This document shows positions 21,501 to 34,520 of a stretch of DNA of 35,712 nt, piece by piece. Origin of the DNA: Catajapyx aquilonaris (lineage: Eukaryota); contig KZ539036.1 in the NCBI GenBank assembly GCA_000934665.2, positions 1 through 35,712 of the forward strand. Direction: 5' to 3'. A model generated the notes under the pieces. That model saw only the letters and a list, made by a program, of their open reading frames with translations, had not been told where the DNA came from and ran no database searches. The position numbers and the translations under genes were made by a program. Positions within the stretch are counted from its first letter, which is position 1. The number at the start of each line of letters is the position of its first letter.

Positions 21501-24500
21501 ACCAATACTACTTGCAGTTGTTGTGTTGAGAATGGAAATGAGCACCATGAGGCTAGGAAACATCCCACTTGCAGTCATTTGACATGTCTGCGCCAGTTTA
21601 TTTTACACATGCATGCAAGGCCATTCTTTATTGCTTGTGGAAACAGGCAGCCTTTCTTTTTTTATGAGTAATTGTGATGTGAGCATTGTATCTTTGGTGA
21701 TTCTTCATGTTGCATGGCAGTGAAAAGGTACCATGCATTAAATCCGTAGTCCATGGAATCAGAATTTACCTTGCTATTGAAGCATTGCATATAGCAATCT
21801 TTATCATGTGGTTTAAACTCAGTACATTTTGGAATCTTTTCTTCATGCCAACAGTTATGAAAGAAAAAATATTATCCGGATGTCACCTAACTTGGGTAAA
21901 GCCATAACATGCAACCCTGCAATATACAGGGTGTAATGTGCCCAAAGTCAACAGACCTGAATGTAAAGTTGTAACCGGGTTCGAGTTCCTGTGTGGACTG
22001 TACCATATTCATACATTAGGTTCGAGGTACTGGGATTGTAATTTTTGTGGCTGAGGTGGCCATTGAGAGAAGGTGGGAGGGAAGTATCTGCCACACTGCA
22101 GAGCAAGGAATAACTAGCCAATGGTCTTTTAAAACCTTTAAACTCATAGTCTGTCTTTCAAATGGCATCCCAAATGGCAAGTTTTCCAACTAATTATTTC
22201 ACTTTTCTCATTTTCATTTAAGCAATCATTGTAGTCCATTTTTGAAACTAACTTGCTCGTCATTAAGGAATTGATTAGACAGTTTAAAAATATATGAGAA
22301 CTTAGAACTCATGACAACTGTCAAGAATTTACATGTTACAGAGGTACTACAGATGACAGCTGCAGGGATGGAAGGTTGCATAATTCTAAGATTTGACTAA
22401 GCCTATCATGATTGTCATGTGATATAAGGAGCCCTAGCTGCAAAAGGCAATACATTTTCACAGTTCATTTGATTATATATGGCAGTTCTCTGTGAAGCTA
22501 TGTACACCATGTGTGTCGTAAGTTATCTCTCAACCATATCGTTGGTTAAATCTGGCTGGTGCTAATTTTCACTTCTGTTGCAATTCCTTAAATTTTGACA
22601 GTGAGTTATGCATATCAGTGGAAATCAGTGTTCATGTGAATATTTCCAATGCTGAGGTGGGGTAACATGAAATACCTGGTATTTATGGACTCGTGTAAGC
22701 ATCCACACTGTATTGAATATGATTATTATACACTTGGGAGAGGAGCAATGTACTCATAGTCATTAGTGCACATATCTCTGCTTCATCTGGCACTTTTAGC
22801 AGGATGTATGCAGAAAATAAGCCTTCTAGTTAGGAAAGATACCTAGCTGCTGGCAACTGCGTGTAGTAAGCACATATGTTTTCATACATTCATCTACATA
22901 TGGTACAGGTGGCAGGAATGTTTATTTATGGCAGTTGTTGTCTTCTACTATACCAGGAGCAAGTTAACTCATGCCTTTTGAGCATGGCTTGTGTCCTTGG
23001 CAACCATAATTAGCCCCGCCCCCTGCTGAGTTTTTTTGTATGGGATTTAGACGATTGGTGCGGAAATATTTCCCCCTGCTGGGTTACCAATTGTGTTAGT
23101 GTAAACAAACTCATCTCATTCTTGAGGTTTTAGAACATCACACCCGCCGCCTTCGAAATCGAATCCTGATTGGTCGACTGGTAGGGTCGTGGTTAATTAT
23201 TTGGTTGCCAAGGTCACAAGCCACCTCCCCAAACGCATGAGTTATCTTGCCCCTAGGATAATTGTGATGGAAGGCCACATGATGGAAACAGGCAGAGGTA
23301 TGGAATGCAACTATGAGCACTAAAATCTGCAAGCACATTATTGATTGTTGTGCAGTGTCCATGTGCTTCAGAGGGCACAGGCATGAATACATGCAATTTA
23401 CTGATCATTGCAGTTTTAATATTTCTGGAAGGATAACTGGTCTGAATCTCCTTTTGTCTTCTCTTGTTGTCCTGCCAGTTTTGCATTCATTGTTGTACCT
23501 GGAATTAATAGTGTTTTTAAAAATACAAAAGTAGATTGCATTTTTGGTACACTTTTGCAGGGCATTTTTTTATACAGACTGTTATTTATGAATAATTTTA
23601 GTTCCAACTACAAATCAATAAATATTGGTACAATTTATTAACTCTCTTGGGATATAAACCTGGGCTCACAACTTGTCTAACTAGCTGCATGTGAAATGAC
23701 CTCTTTTCAATTGGCCTAGCAGAGAAGAGTTGGCTCAAGGTGGAGTATTGCATCACTCCAACAGCTGCCAGAAATTCTGCCCTGATCTGAACATGTGCTT
23801 ATGCATTTTCTTTTCATATTAACAGATTCTTGAAACTCTTAAAACAGCAGGTTGCATTACGAGACGACTTCCAACTTATTATTTTCTCAGTACAGTGATA
23901 AAGATTGATTAATTAGATTTGCACCGAATTAGTATGGTTGGAATCCTCTGCAGTATCATTACAACTGGGAATTTGATAGTAGCCTACATACACATCTCAA
24001 TATTGTTATGGTTATTGTTACTGTCCAATGTGGTATGGGTTTTATTGAAATTAATTGGCATTGGTGGGTTCTGCCCTGTGGCGTGACATTGAGCGGTAGC
24101 ATCTGTTGTAGGCTCAAAACAGTCATTATGATTGGTGTGTCGTTACTTATTGAGCTCAAGTCAATTACTTGAATGGATACAATGACATTATACATTTAAG
24201 AAACCGGAGTGCCTGGCTTTTACTGGTTTGAAGCACAGTTGCAGTCAAGTTTTTTAAATATTTGAGTTCACAAATGTCACCAAACAAGCTAACTAACACA
24301 ATATCCTTGCTTAAGTGGCGAACTGTTTGTGTGCAATATTTTTTTAAATAACTATTGATGTGTAATATATGGGTTTAGAAGTCCTCAGTATTTTACATGT
24401 TAGGATGCTACATTTTCTTGGATGTGCGGGGGGAAAAGAGCATAAGTCAAGAAAATAATTATTTGACTTATGCTCTTTTCCCTGCGCATCCGAGAATTAT

Positions 24501-27500
24501 GAGCAAGTTAATTTCATACATACTGTAAGTCTGTAGCTCTCCCAAAATAATTATATAAATCACATTCTGCCACACACTGTTTTCTATTAGTCACTGACAG
24601 CTAGTTGAATTTAGTAAAAATGTTTTTGTGCATGCCAAGTTGCTTCAAACTGTATTATTTAACCAGAAGACATCTGACACATGGTTGTAAACATGAATTC
24701 AGTGGGGTAGTGTGAGGGATTAACCTACCGAGTTTGCAGATGTATTTGACAGAAATCAGTCATAGACCTTGGAGTAATACATGATAATTCTCTTACGATC
24801 TCCTGTGTAATTGTGGACCCATAATAGTGTTTGTAAAAGTTAATTTTTTAATGACAGTTGCGCCATGCATGTCAAATGCAGGGTGATGCAGGGTATAGAA
24901 ATTCTTTTCAACTTTCTGTTCAGATCCATAGATACAACTTCATTGTCGTGAATTTCGGAAGCCAATTTATTTTTAAGAATGTTTCTTAATTCAAGTGCAA
25001 AAAGTAGTGTGTAATAAAAAATTTGAAGGATGATCTCTGAAGATGAGGAACATGATTCATTTCACGTTGGTCCTTCATGGACTGACGTTTTTCTTCAGGT
25101 TTGTTCATGGCAAAGTTACGTAATTCTTAATAATGCAGCATAGTCTAGGCAGATTTATATTTGGGAAATGTGTTTTGGTTAAGCTTTGTGGGGCATATGG
25201 TGTACTTTTCTCCACTGCTCTTTAATGGGAAAACTTTCTACATACAGGAATTTAATTTTAGCCCCATGTCCCTTTATGTTGCCCATTTTTTATTAACAGG
25301 CATGTAGAGGCCAAACAAGTTACATTGCTGTGGAAAGCATGCAGTTGCCGGGGTTAGACCTGGGGTCAGGTGTAAAAATGACATTGTTGTCTTAGACATT
25401 TTTAAAGTGATGCTAATGGTGTATTGAATTACCTGCCTTACTTAGGTCTTACATTATACGTACAAGAAATCGAGTTGTACCTTCCGTGCTAATGATTACA
25501 AATTATTTAAATACAGTGAACCCTGCTTTTATGTCAATTATTCTGGTTACATCTGTCAGGTCATTGCAATTTCTGCAACAGTCCCAGAGGGCTTGGTTAC
25601 TAATTGCTTCTTCCTTGGTCTTGCATTTCAGAGCTCCGGCATTGGGGAGCCCAGTGTGTATCATGCCTTGGTGGTCATCTTTTTGGAGTTTTTTGCCTGG
25701 GGGCTTCTCATGACACCTGGAATTACCGTGAGTATTATATTTTATGTGTTGACTTCTGGTAACTGGGGTATGTACTGTACTGGTGTGAATATCTGCATCA
25801 GTGAGGAGAAGGTTCTTAAATGCAGGGGAGGGCATTCCACTTATACATTCTTGTTACAACACACATTTTCTTACCCTTGGGCCCACAAGGAAGTGCGAGA
25901 CTTCTTGGAAAGTACAGATAAGATGTGGGAAAATATTAAACCAAGTGCAAATGGTGGGTCCCAGGATGGAACCCACAGCCTTATGCTTGGCTGGTCAGTA
26001 ACTTAACCACTGGACCACTGCCCCCCAGCTGTGCTGCATCTAATGTGTGCAATTGAAAACTTATTCATTTCTTGCTGAGATAATAGTGCATCTGAAGTTC
26101 CCATCCCTGGTTGCCTACAAAAGGGACATTAATAATTGTTGTTTAACATATAGCAGGTATATTATTAAATTGGTTCATAATAGACCTGGCTGTTTAGGAC
26201 AACCCAACTTAATTTTATCATTACGGCCGATGGAGTTTGATTATGGGAAGAAATGGGGGGAAACCCACAGAAACTATTACCACATGGAAAGGTCCTACCT
26301 GATCCAGGAATCGATGCAGGACATCAGAAGGCTGTGGTGATAACCCCTACACCATCCTGTGCCCACAAGAATGAAATGTTACTGGTTAATGTTCCATTGA
26401 AAACAAGAAGTTTTGTCAAAACATAAAAATATTGGAAAGGTGTGCTAGCAGGAGAGCAGGGAACTAACACTGGATGGCTCTTATTTATTGATTTCTCATT
26501 TGGGATTACTTTTTTTACTGATGCAGATTGCATGCAGATATTATACCAACGGACATACTGCAAAGAAATTGTGGTTAGTAACGTGAGTCAAAGAACCATG
26601 TTGTTGGTAGCTTATTGCCTACTGCATTGCCTTATTGAAGTTCTTTAAGGAAAGCCTTGCGCGGTTTACACCTTTAACACCTTATTTGTGAGAGATTATT
26701 TACAGGGAAGTAGTATGTGACGTGCTCAAGATACCTAGCTCTTATCAAGTCTCCTCATAATTGAAAGTCTGGATGATAACAGTGGTGTGGTGTGGTGTAA
26801 ATGATTGTGTAAACTGCACAATATGATTAGATAAGTGACAAACAATTACATCGTTTTGGTTTTTAAAGTGGTGCCATTAATATTTTGGTTTGGGATGGAG
26901 GAGGTATCACAGTGCCAAGGTTAGGGAAGGGTTATGCAAGTGTGAAAGAGAGCCACCTGGGAGCAAGGGCTCTGCCAACTGCCACTATTGGATATGGCAG
27001 TTCTCAATTTTACTTCACCTGAATAAGTAAAGTGTCTAGGGAGATGGCTGCTTATGAAATGAGCCCTGCAGATAGTTGGAAACTGAGGCCATGAGCTTAA
27101 CCATGACCCAGAGACTAGGAAGATCCACAAGGCCGCGGTTGGGTGAATGAGCAGCTTGCTGTATTGATCCTCTTTTCCCGCACTCTCCCCAAACCTTCCC
27201 ACCCCCCAAAATTCTGTATTCCTCGCCCCCATGCTGCCCCCCCCTTTCCCGCTGCCTCTTCTCACCCACCTCCCCTGTAACCTTACAATTTGGGGTTGCT
27301 GGGTTGAAGAGGAGCATGCGGCCTTGATTGATTTACCAGGAATGAAGCACCTTTCTTTGCATTTTTCCTGAGGCAGCTGAATAATAAGTCAGGATTTATG
27401 AAGGACACATTGGTTTGCTCTTAAATTAGCTAGTGGCATCATGCACTTGTTATGTAAGCCTTTTCCATGTGGTACAACCATTGGCACTGGTTTATTTGAA

Positions 27501-30500
27501 TCTCACCAGGTTGATATTGACATGAAACTGTAATATGTGTTGTTTCAAGAAATGATGGGGGAAAACTTCGTTGAGTTAACTCGGCTCTAACAAAGTATTT
27601 CATTTTATATTCTTCACTCTTACAAGTTAGTGTTATTAATTGGGCCAGAATTGGATCATCCATGTGCAATTTGCATAAGATCATTGGTTTTTCTTGGTTG
27701 AGGCACATTCTCTAACCAATGTCAATTGTAGTAAAATGTGTACTGTAATTAGCAAATGATTTGATTTTATACCGTACGCTGAAAAAAATATTGACGTTTT
27801 TTGGCCTTCAAGTATAGAGTGACTGTATTATTAAATGTGAAATGTCAGGGAGGAATCGTACATTGTTATTGAAACCCAGTGTTGTCTGAGTTGCTGTATT
27901 TGTGCAGCCCTGAGAGTACAGATAGTGTGTCGGGGATGTATGTTCATTGATAGTCATGGCATCCTGGCAGATACGTAGAAAATTGCACAATATTGTTTGC
28001 GAATTGAACAAATATATGGCAGTGTTTCGTGTTATTTTGCCTACTCATGTGTATGTGCAGCTGTTTTCTATGCAACTGTCTTACTTGTTATACTCGACCG
28101 TGTAACCACCTGTCACTTGACATGATGCTCAAAAATGAGCGGCCCTATGTTTGTTCAGTAGTAAGATATGGCCTGTGATGAAGGAAGGGGTTATGATGAA
28201 AGCTTAAAATGGTTGTGCATGGGAACCCTTTTTTATGTAGGATGGGAAAAGTGTCAAGTATTGCACAGAGGCTTTTCTAAAAAGGTGATGTTGGTTAAGT
28301 TTTAAAACACACATGTCAGCTACTGATTTTTTTTGTCGGGAGAAATTGGCAAATTACAGCCCTCTTTGACATTGGTGGCTGTATATGACTTGAATTACTT
28401 AGGCCATGGAGGTATTTAAAAGTTATGTAACAGAGCATTCAATAATTTTGACCCATCCTCCTCCCTCACTCTAACCCAGTCCCTCCCCCTAACATCCAAT
28501 GTTACATAATCTATGAACAACCTCTGTACCGCTCATAGGAAGTTGTGCAAGAATTAGGGCATATTTCCAAGTGAAGCCAATTTTTCAGGCACCAGAAATG
28601 AAATTAGCTCCAAGTGGCAGTTGGATCCAGGAAAGGCAATTCGCTCTGAAGTAATTTGGGTAGGGAAACGTAGCTTGCCAGGCAACTTTTTGATGTCTAC
28701 TCTTGTCTAGCGCCACACTTTGGAATGCTGGAAATTCAGCCACATACCAGACGCACAGCTTGCAGTGTCAATGAACACTTGCAACAGACTCTCGCATTAC
28801 AAATCAAGTGGTATGGGTACAGTGCACTGATCAAATCACTGCAAATGCATCTAAGCATAGTAACAACTTCCAACAGAGAACACTTTAGAGATGTTGATTG
28901 TTTTGGCTATGGGCAATATAATTATATGACCATTAAATTGCTTAATCTATTTTCAGGTGCTGAATGAGACCTTCCCAGACCACACGTTCCTCATGAATGG
29001 CTTGATAGTGGGCATCAAGGGACTTCTATCATTTTTGAGTGCACCGTTGATTGGCGCCCTGTCAGACGTATGGGGACGCAAGTTCTTCCTGCTGGTGACA
29101 GTGTTCTTCACTTGCGCACCCATTCCCTTGATGAAGCTCAACACTTGGTGGTACTTTGCCATGATCTCTATGTCAGGAGTGTTTGCAGTCACCTTCTCAG
29201 TGGTGTTCGCTTATGTGGCCGATGTCACAGAAGAGTCGGAACGCAGTGCTGCATATGGGCTGGTGTCAGCCACCTTTGCAGCCTCCATGGTGACCTCCCC
29301 GGCACTGGGAGCCTATTTAGGCAGTGCCTACTCAGACACCCTGGTGGTGGCCCTCTCCACCGCCATCGCCCTCCTTGATGTCTTCTTCATATTAGTAGCT
29401 GTGCCCGAGTCGCTTCCTGACAAACTTAGACCTTCCTCAGCTAACTGGGCTGCACCCATCAACTGGGAGCAAGCAGATCCCTTTGCAGCTCTGCGCAAGG
29501 TTGGGAAAGATAACACCATCCTCATGCTCTGCGTCACAGTATTTCTGTCATACCTGCCCGAGGCTGGCCAGTACTCCAGCTTCTTCGTCTATCTGCGGCT
29601 GGTGAGTGGAGTTGTTTAGGAGTGCTAGAGGCAGAGCTTGTGTCAAGAATAGGTTCTCCCAGTATATAAGTATTTTCTTGGACAAGGCCATTTGTTTATG
29701 TCTGTGTTCATGCTTTGGGCAATAGAGAAAATATCATCAATCCCAACATTGTGATAGTTAAACTCCAGGTAAGGCAGCAGTGAAATTGCCCCTTATTTGA
29801 CCAGAACATTGAATTCTGTAATTGATACAGCAGTTTATTTGTAAAAACATGTACAGAATATTGCGTTAGGATAATTTGCAGCTGTAGTTGCTGCCTTACT
29901 CATTCCTTTATCAGTAGAATTCTCTTTTGCTATCCAAGTGAGGACAATGTGCTCTAGATATTGCGTGCTTTAATCCATTCATTTTGCTGTATTTTCCCTG
30001 CAGCCTGTTAACTTTGATATTCTCATTTGCCTTCCTAATTGGATTTGCCATTGAGAGCATCCATTTCAGGCCTGGTTGCTGATGTAATTAGCTCCACTGA
30101 GTCATTCACTTGATCATTATCTCAACAAAGTTAGTGTGTAATCATTTTAGGTTCTCCCCTTTGAGATCAGGGCAGATGGCTATTATTTTAATTTTTATCT
30201 GGAGAATTTACTATGCTCGCAGGGTAGATTTTTAAAAAGAAGCAACCCAGATAGACATTTGCTAAGTTAATCAGGACTAGGTCACATAATTTGATTTGTA
30301 ACAGTGTACACTGCAAGTGCCACTCATTGCCACTAATGATATTTCCATTTCAGGTTATGGGCTTTGGGGATGAGATGGTGGCAACATTCATAGCAGTGGT
30401 TGGCATCCTCTCTGTGGTGGCACAAACAGCTGTGTTGGGCTTGTTAATGCGAACCCTTGGAGCCAAGCAGACCATCATGGTGGGCTTGCTCTTCGAAATG

Positions 30501-33500
30501 CTCCAACTCATGTGGTATGGATTTGGCTCACAAAAGTGGTAAGTTTCTGCCCAAAATATCTATATTTAACATAACATGACATAATTGATATACTGCATAG
30601 TGCGGCGAAACATTTCTGTAGAAGTATCAGGCTGTACCAGGAAAACTTTAATAGTGAATAGGTTTCCTTTGTGATAAAAATGCTTAGAAATATCTTGTGT
30701 TGGCACAAAGCAAAATTTTTTGTAATGTACATGTTTCCACATTAAGTTACATCAGTGTCTGTTACAGACTGGTATTGCTGTATAGGGCTAGTATTAGCAT
30801 TACTTCTTAGAAAGGAACGTTTTCTAGTGAATTTTTCAGTGTATGGTAATGGTAATAATAATAATAATTTACCCTGTGTATGGTAATTACGCGATTTGAT
30901 ATGGAGGAGTGTGAATGGTTAACTCCGCACTCACTCTCTCTCAAAAATGCACCTAAGGGCAGTTGTATGAAATCAAATTAGGAAAAATCTCAGATTATGT
31001 AGGAGGTAATCCCAAAAGGAAATGTCATAATCGGAGACTTCCTCCTTAATTTGAATTCATACAACTGGCCCTTAATCACAGATAAGGTGTTGTATTTGTT
31101 ATTTGCCATGGAGCATGTCAGGACATTGGCAAAACAAAGTGCAAGCCTGCTTGCATGAGTGTGTGGTTAATTCTCTTTCAAACTGGTCTGCTCACTTTCA
31201 CTGTGAACATGACAATAGAATTGCATTGTTTGAAGCTGTTAATGCATAAATTGTACAAGAGATATGAAGCAACGTTGCTTGTGAACCTTTTTAAAGTTTA
31301 TTAATCGATTCACTACATGCAGTATAAAGTGTCACGTGATGACTAGATCATCGTGATTCTGTATTGCACCCAGGAGTCACGCACACACTGCCATGATACG
31401 AACTGGTGCATAATTCAAAGATATAATCTCAAGATATGGTCTCAATATAATATCAAATTCATTAAGCCGAGACCATTCAGTTATTCAGTAACTATATGTG
31501 AGTGTGGAACAAAAGCATGCTGGCCACAATTATTATTATAATAGTAGCATTTCAAAAGTGCCAAATGCATTATGTAAATTATTGTTGCATGATGGTCTTT
31601 CTGAACGATAGCAAATCAAGCATCGAATTTTTCAGGATGATGTGGGCTGCGGGCGTGCTGGCAGCAGTGTCCAGCATAACTTACCCAGCCATCAGCGCCT
31701 TTGTATCGATGCATGCTGACTCAGACAAGCAAGGCCTGGTGCAGGGCATGATCACAGGCATGCGTGGGCTGTGCAATGGACTGGGCCCTGCGGTGTACGG
31801 GCTCATCTTCTACCTCTTCCACGTGGATCTCAGCGAGGAGGAGGCTAAGCACAGCCCAAGTGCAGGTGGTCCGGCTCTGCAGCACCTCCCCAATGCAACT
31901 GGCACCTCTTATTACGAGAGAATCCCACATGTGAGTTGAAAGTGACTGTTTCTTGTTGGTGTAACATCCCTCATAACAATCAGACGATTTAGGATGTTTT
32001 ATGTGGAAGGGGTGGATGTGCGAATCTTGCTACTGAAACTCTTGTAGTGTTGAGTTGTAAATTTAGATGTGTAAGCATGTAGGAAAGGGGTGAAGGTATT
32101 TGAGATTTGGATAAACTCCTGCAGTAATCTTTGAGTCGTAAAAGTTATTGGGGCAATGTAAACCTATTTTTAGACAGAGGACGTCCCTGCAACATTATAT
32201 ATTTAGGTCAAGCTAGCTCATAGGGTCAGATAAATATTCTGTAGGAGTTATTCCCAGGTGCACTGCACAGAGAATAAACAAAAAATCCAGATGCAGGCCG
32301 TTTCTGCATAAAGAGAGGGTGGAGTTTGTGACTAGAAACGGAAGCAGGCTTCTTATTTTTTCAATCTCTATTGCACATGACGTGGTTGAAGGGTGTGGGT
32401 ATGACAAGCCCAGCTGGTTGCAAATAGGAAAACAATGCAATTTTTCATGCCAGTTGGCAAGAGGAAAAGTGATTGATAAAACTGCTTGCCAATGACATAT
32501 TGAGCAAGAATTCCCTTCCTCTGGTCATCCAATTCCATGAAATGCAGGCTTTTGTTGTCTTCTGTTGAAAATATACTCTCATTGACTTTTGCATAAAACT
32601 TCAACAGAATTGTAAGATAACTATTCAAGGAAGGGAAGAATGGGGGCCTGAAAGTTATTTGAGCGGATGTGTTTCGTTTGCGCATTACATGCCAGATGGT
32701 ATTTAATACAGCTGGTAATGTCTTTTTAAGAGCTGCTGTTTGCGATAAACTTGATAAAGAGAACTTGTGGCTGCTCCTGCTTGATTGGCTGAAGACAGTA
32801 TATTGATTTTCTGAAGAAATGGTAGGCTTTTAATACCTTATCTGACACCCCCGAGACACAGGTGAAGGAACCTTTCCCATTTTCGTAGAATCAATGATCT
32901 ACTAAGAATCTTGCAAGAAAGAACAGGCAGTCCTCAGTTAACCATACATCAAAGCAATGCTGTTGCCCTTGTAGTGACAACAAGATCAATAAGAACATCC
33001 AGGACTAATCTTCATTTTATAGTTATAGTTAGTGGGTGGAGGTTGTTGCTCGTAATATTAGATGAAAATGTGAACCAAGATTTTTTTTCCTCTTCAGTTC
33101 CAGAATTGCAATGGAAAGTTGAACATTTGAAATTATTTTCAAGTGCCAAGGGCCACAAAAATGGCCAATTATTCAACAAAATCTGGCACCTGTTCTCTAA
33201 TATCTTAATTAGTTTCTTTAACAAGTAATGATTCCAAAAGTTACCTGGACTTCTAATGTTTTTGTCTGGAGTACCTGATAGAATCTCCGTTGGCTAGGTT
33301 GTTGGCTGTTGATTTATTCAGTCACCTTATGTTTTATGCACAACCTGATTTGCAGTACTTTCATATCTTTACTTCTACACCACAAGTTCCAACTGCACAG
33401 TGCTGTTTTCAGTAGAAAAGGTAGTGTACATGATAGGCATAGAATAGTCAAGTCAAAGCTATGGTAGGATTGTTTAGAAGCATAGTGGTAATAGATATTA

Positions 33501-34520
33501 TCATCATTGATTCTAGTATTGAATCTGCTGTACTTTGGATTATCAATATCTTGCCCTCAATGTTAAATGAGGACTGCATGTAAATATTGTGTAGACTGGG
33601 AAAACTTTAGGTTGATTAATAAATTAATTCGTGTTTCTTTTTTTTCATGTCAAGGATCCTTTCTGGAGTGTAGTGCGACAGGTAAAAAAGTGAACATGAC
33701 TCCTTCATGCATGCAAAAGTAGTTGCCCATGATAACGAAGTAATTTCCCAGTAGTTAGTACAGGTATTATGCAAGTTCTACATTATGAGCTTTAATTTCA
33801 GTTGGTGCCAGGACCTCCGTTTGTGTTTGGGGCTCTACTAGTCATCTGTGCCCTGTTGGTGGCCACTTTCATCCCTGAGAAAGCACCACTTGGAGGGACA
33901 CTGCGCTCCTCACCGTCCAGGCGGCACTCAGGTAAACCACAGGATTGGAAGGTTGAAATCGGAAATATGGGCAAGGCAGCCATGGTGTGTGAGAGAAGTG
34001 TTGAAGTCTAATTGGTCACAGAGCTTCAAAAGGCTATTGTCTAGCCAAAATAAGAATTGTGATTGCCACTATTCATTTCTCCTCATTCTATGGTAATACA
34101 GTGAAACCTGTGTATTGCAGAATCGCACAGGTCCCAACCATTTTCTTGTTATGGATAGGTTTCATCTATATTCAGATCATGGACATTACTGATATTTTTT
34201 TGCCAATATATTGCATGCCCTATGCATACGCCCTTTCCCAGAAAAAAATTCCACGGTGGATAGGTTTCCGCTATACCCAAGGACGCCAAGGTCCATAATG
34301 GACAGGTTTCACTGTATTAACATGCATCCTGCAGAGGTCCAGGCTGAGTTTTGCGACAATGAAGTTTTGCATTGCAACTGACTTGGTCAAAAGTGATCTT
34401 AAAAGGGGTTGTGACATTATTGCAGGCCTGTCCATGGAGCTGCATTACGAAGTGGGGCACAAGAAGAACGATGGCCCAGGCGCTACCTCCCCACTCATGG
34501 AAGATGCAGCTGTTCTTTAA
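18442..34520 (+). CDS. MFSD14A: Hippocampus abundant transcript 1 (HIAT1/MFSD14) major facilitator superfamily transporter; spliced gene of about 508 aa
   Basis: join(18442..18522,25632..25727,28957..29601,30354..30538,31636..31930,33802..33931,34426..34520) = 1527 nt; GT-AG introns with consistent phases. Family-diagnostic stretches: GIGEPSVYHALVVIFLEFFAWGLL, MFS motif A GALSDVWGRK, VPESLP, WEQADPF, LPEAGQYSSFF, QGMITGMRGLCNGLGPA, PGPPFVFG. An in-frame ATG at 18421 would add 7 aa. Confidence 0.95.
22949..23260. mobile_element. Degenerate MITE with about 75-bp imperfect TIRs in MFSD14 intron 1
   Basis: Left tataccaggagcaagttaactcatgc...tggcttgtgtccttggcaaccataattagccccgcccc matches the reverse complement of right agggtcgtggttaattatttggttgccaaggtcacaagcca...gcatgagttatcttgcccctaggata. 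Confidence 0.7.
24415..24496 (+). repeat. 82-nt hairpin (about 34-bp stem, 12-nt loop) in MFSD14 intron 1
   Basis: ttcttggatgtgcggggggaaaagagcataagtcaa / ttgacttatgctcttttccctgcgcatccgagaa; the inner 20 bp pair perfectly. Confidence 0.85.
25632..25727 (+). CDS. MFSD14A: MFSD14 coding exon 2
   Basis: Branch-like tactaat near 25597, then tttcag|AGC TCC GGC; SSGIGEPSVYHALVVIFLEFFAWGLLMTPGIT|gtgagt. Confidence 0.95.
25955..26026 (-). mobile_element. tRNA-derived SINE head (remnant)
   Basis: Minus strand reads GGGGCAG-TGGTCCAGTGG (A box, 26017-26007) then GGTTCCATCC (B-box-like, 25973-25964) at tRNA-like spacing; no intact cloverleaf. Confidence 0.5.
28408..28525. mobile_element. Degraded Harbinger-like MITE in MFSD14 intron 2
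   Basis: ggaggtatttaaaagttatgtaaca versus tgttacataatctatgaacaacctct (imperfect TIR, core ttatgtaaca) around a C-rich centre. Confidence 0.45.
28957..29601 (+). CDS. MFSD14A: MFSD14 coding exon 3
   Basis: tttcag|GTG CTG AAT...; 215 codons, VLNETFPDHTFLMNG to FFVYLRL|gtgagt. Confidence 0.97.
30354..30538 (+). CDS. MFSD14A: MFSD14 coding exon 4
   Basis: tttcag|GTT ATG GGC...; ends QLMWYGFGSQK TG|gtaagt (phase 2). Confidence 0.95.
30957..31071. mobile_element. Short MITE (PIF/Harbinger- or Kolobok-like ends) in MFSD14 intron 4
   Basis: gggcagttgtatgaaatcaaatta matches the reverse complement of taatttgaattcatacaactggccc; imperfect arms of about 45 bp; flanked by ctaa and ttaa. Confidence 0.7.
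31636..31930 (+). CDS. MFSD14A: MFSD14 coding exon 5
   Basis: tttcag|G ATG ATG TGG...; WMMWAAG to ERIPH|gtgagt. Confidence 0.95.
33802..33931 (+). CDS. MFSD14A: MFSD14 coding exon 6
   Basis: tttcag|TTG GTG CCA...; LVPGPPFVFGALLVICALLVATFIPE to RRHS G|gtaaac (phase 1). Confidence 0.93.
34099..34314. mobile_element. Tc1/mariner (pogo/Tigger-type) MITE in MFSD14 intron 6
   Basis: TA|CAGTGAAACCTGT ... ACAGGTTTCACTG|TA: perfect 13-bp TIR, TA duplication, internal repeats of tggataggtttc at 34152 and 34257. Confidence 0.85.
34426..34520 (+). CDS. MFSD14A: MFSD14 terminal coding exon
   Basis: ttgcag|GC CTG...; GLSMELHYEVGHKKNDGPGATSPLMEDAAVL*; the PLMED end resembles the PLLQD end of HIAT1 proteins. 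Confidence 0.85.

Noticed and set aside
21976..22030. Two GGTTCGAG B-box-like words
   Set aside because: No A box or cloverleaf; not a tRNA and too weak to call a SINE.
25512..25530. Lone TACAGTGAACCCTG resembling the TIR of the MITE at 34099
   Set aside because: Only one end visible; cannot delimit an element.
26920..27330. GC-rich intronic stretch with C-runs and minus-strand ORFs of 93-114 aa
   Set aside because: Low-complexity translations with no identifiable family; no TIR, LTR or TSD seen.
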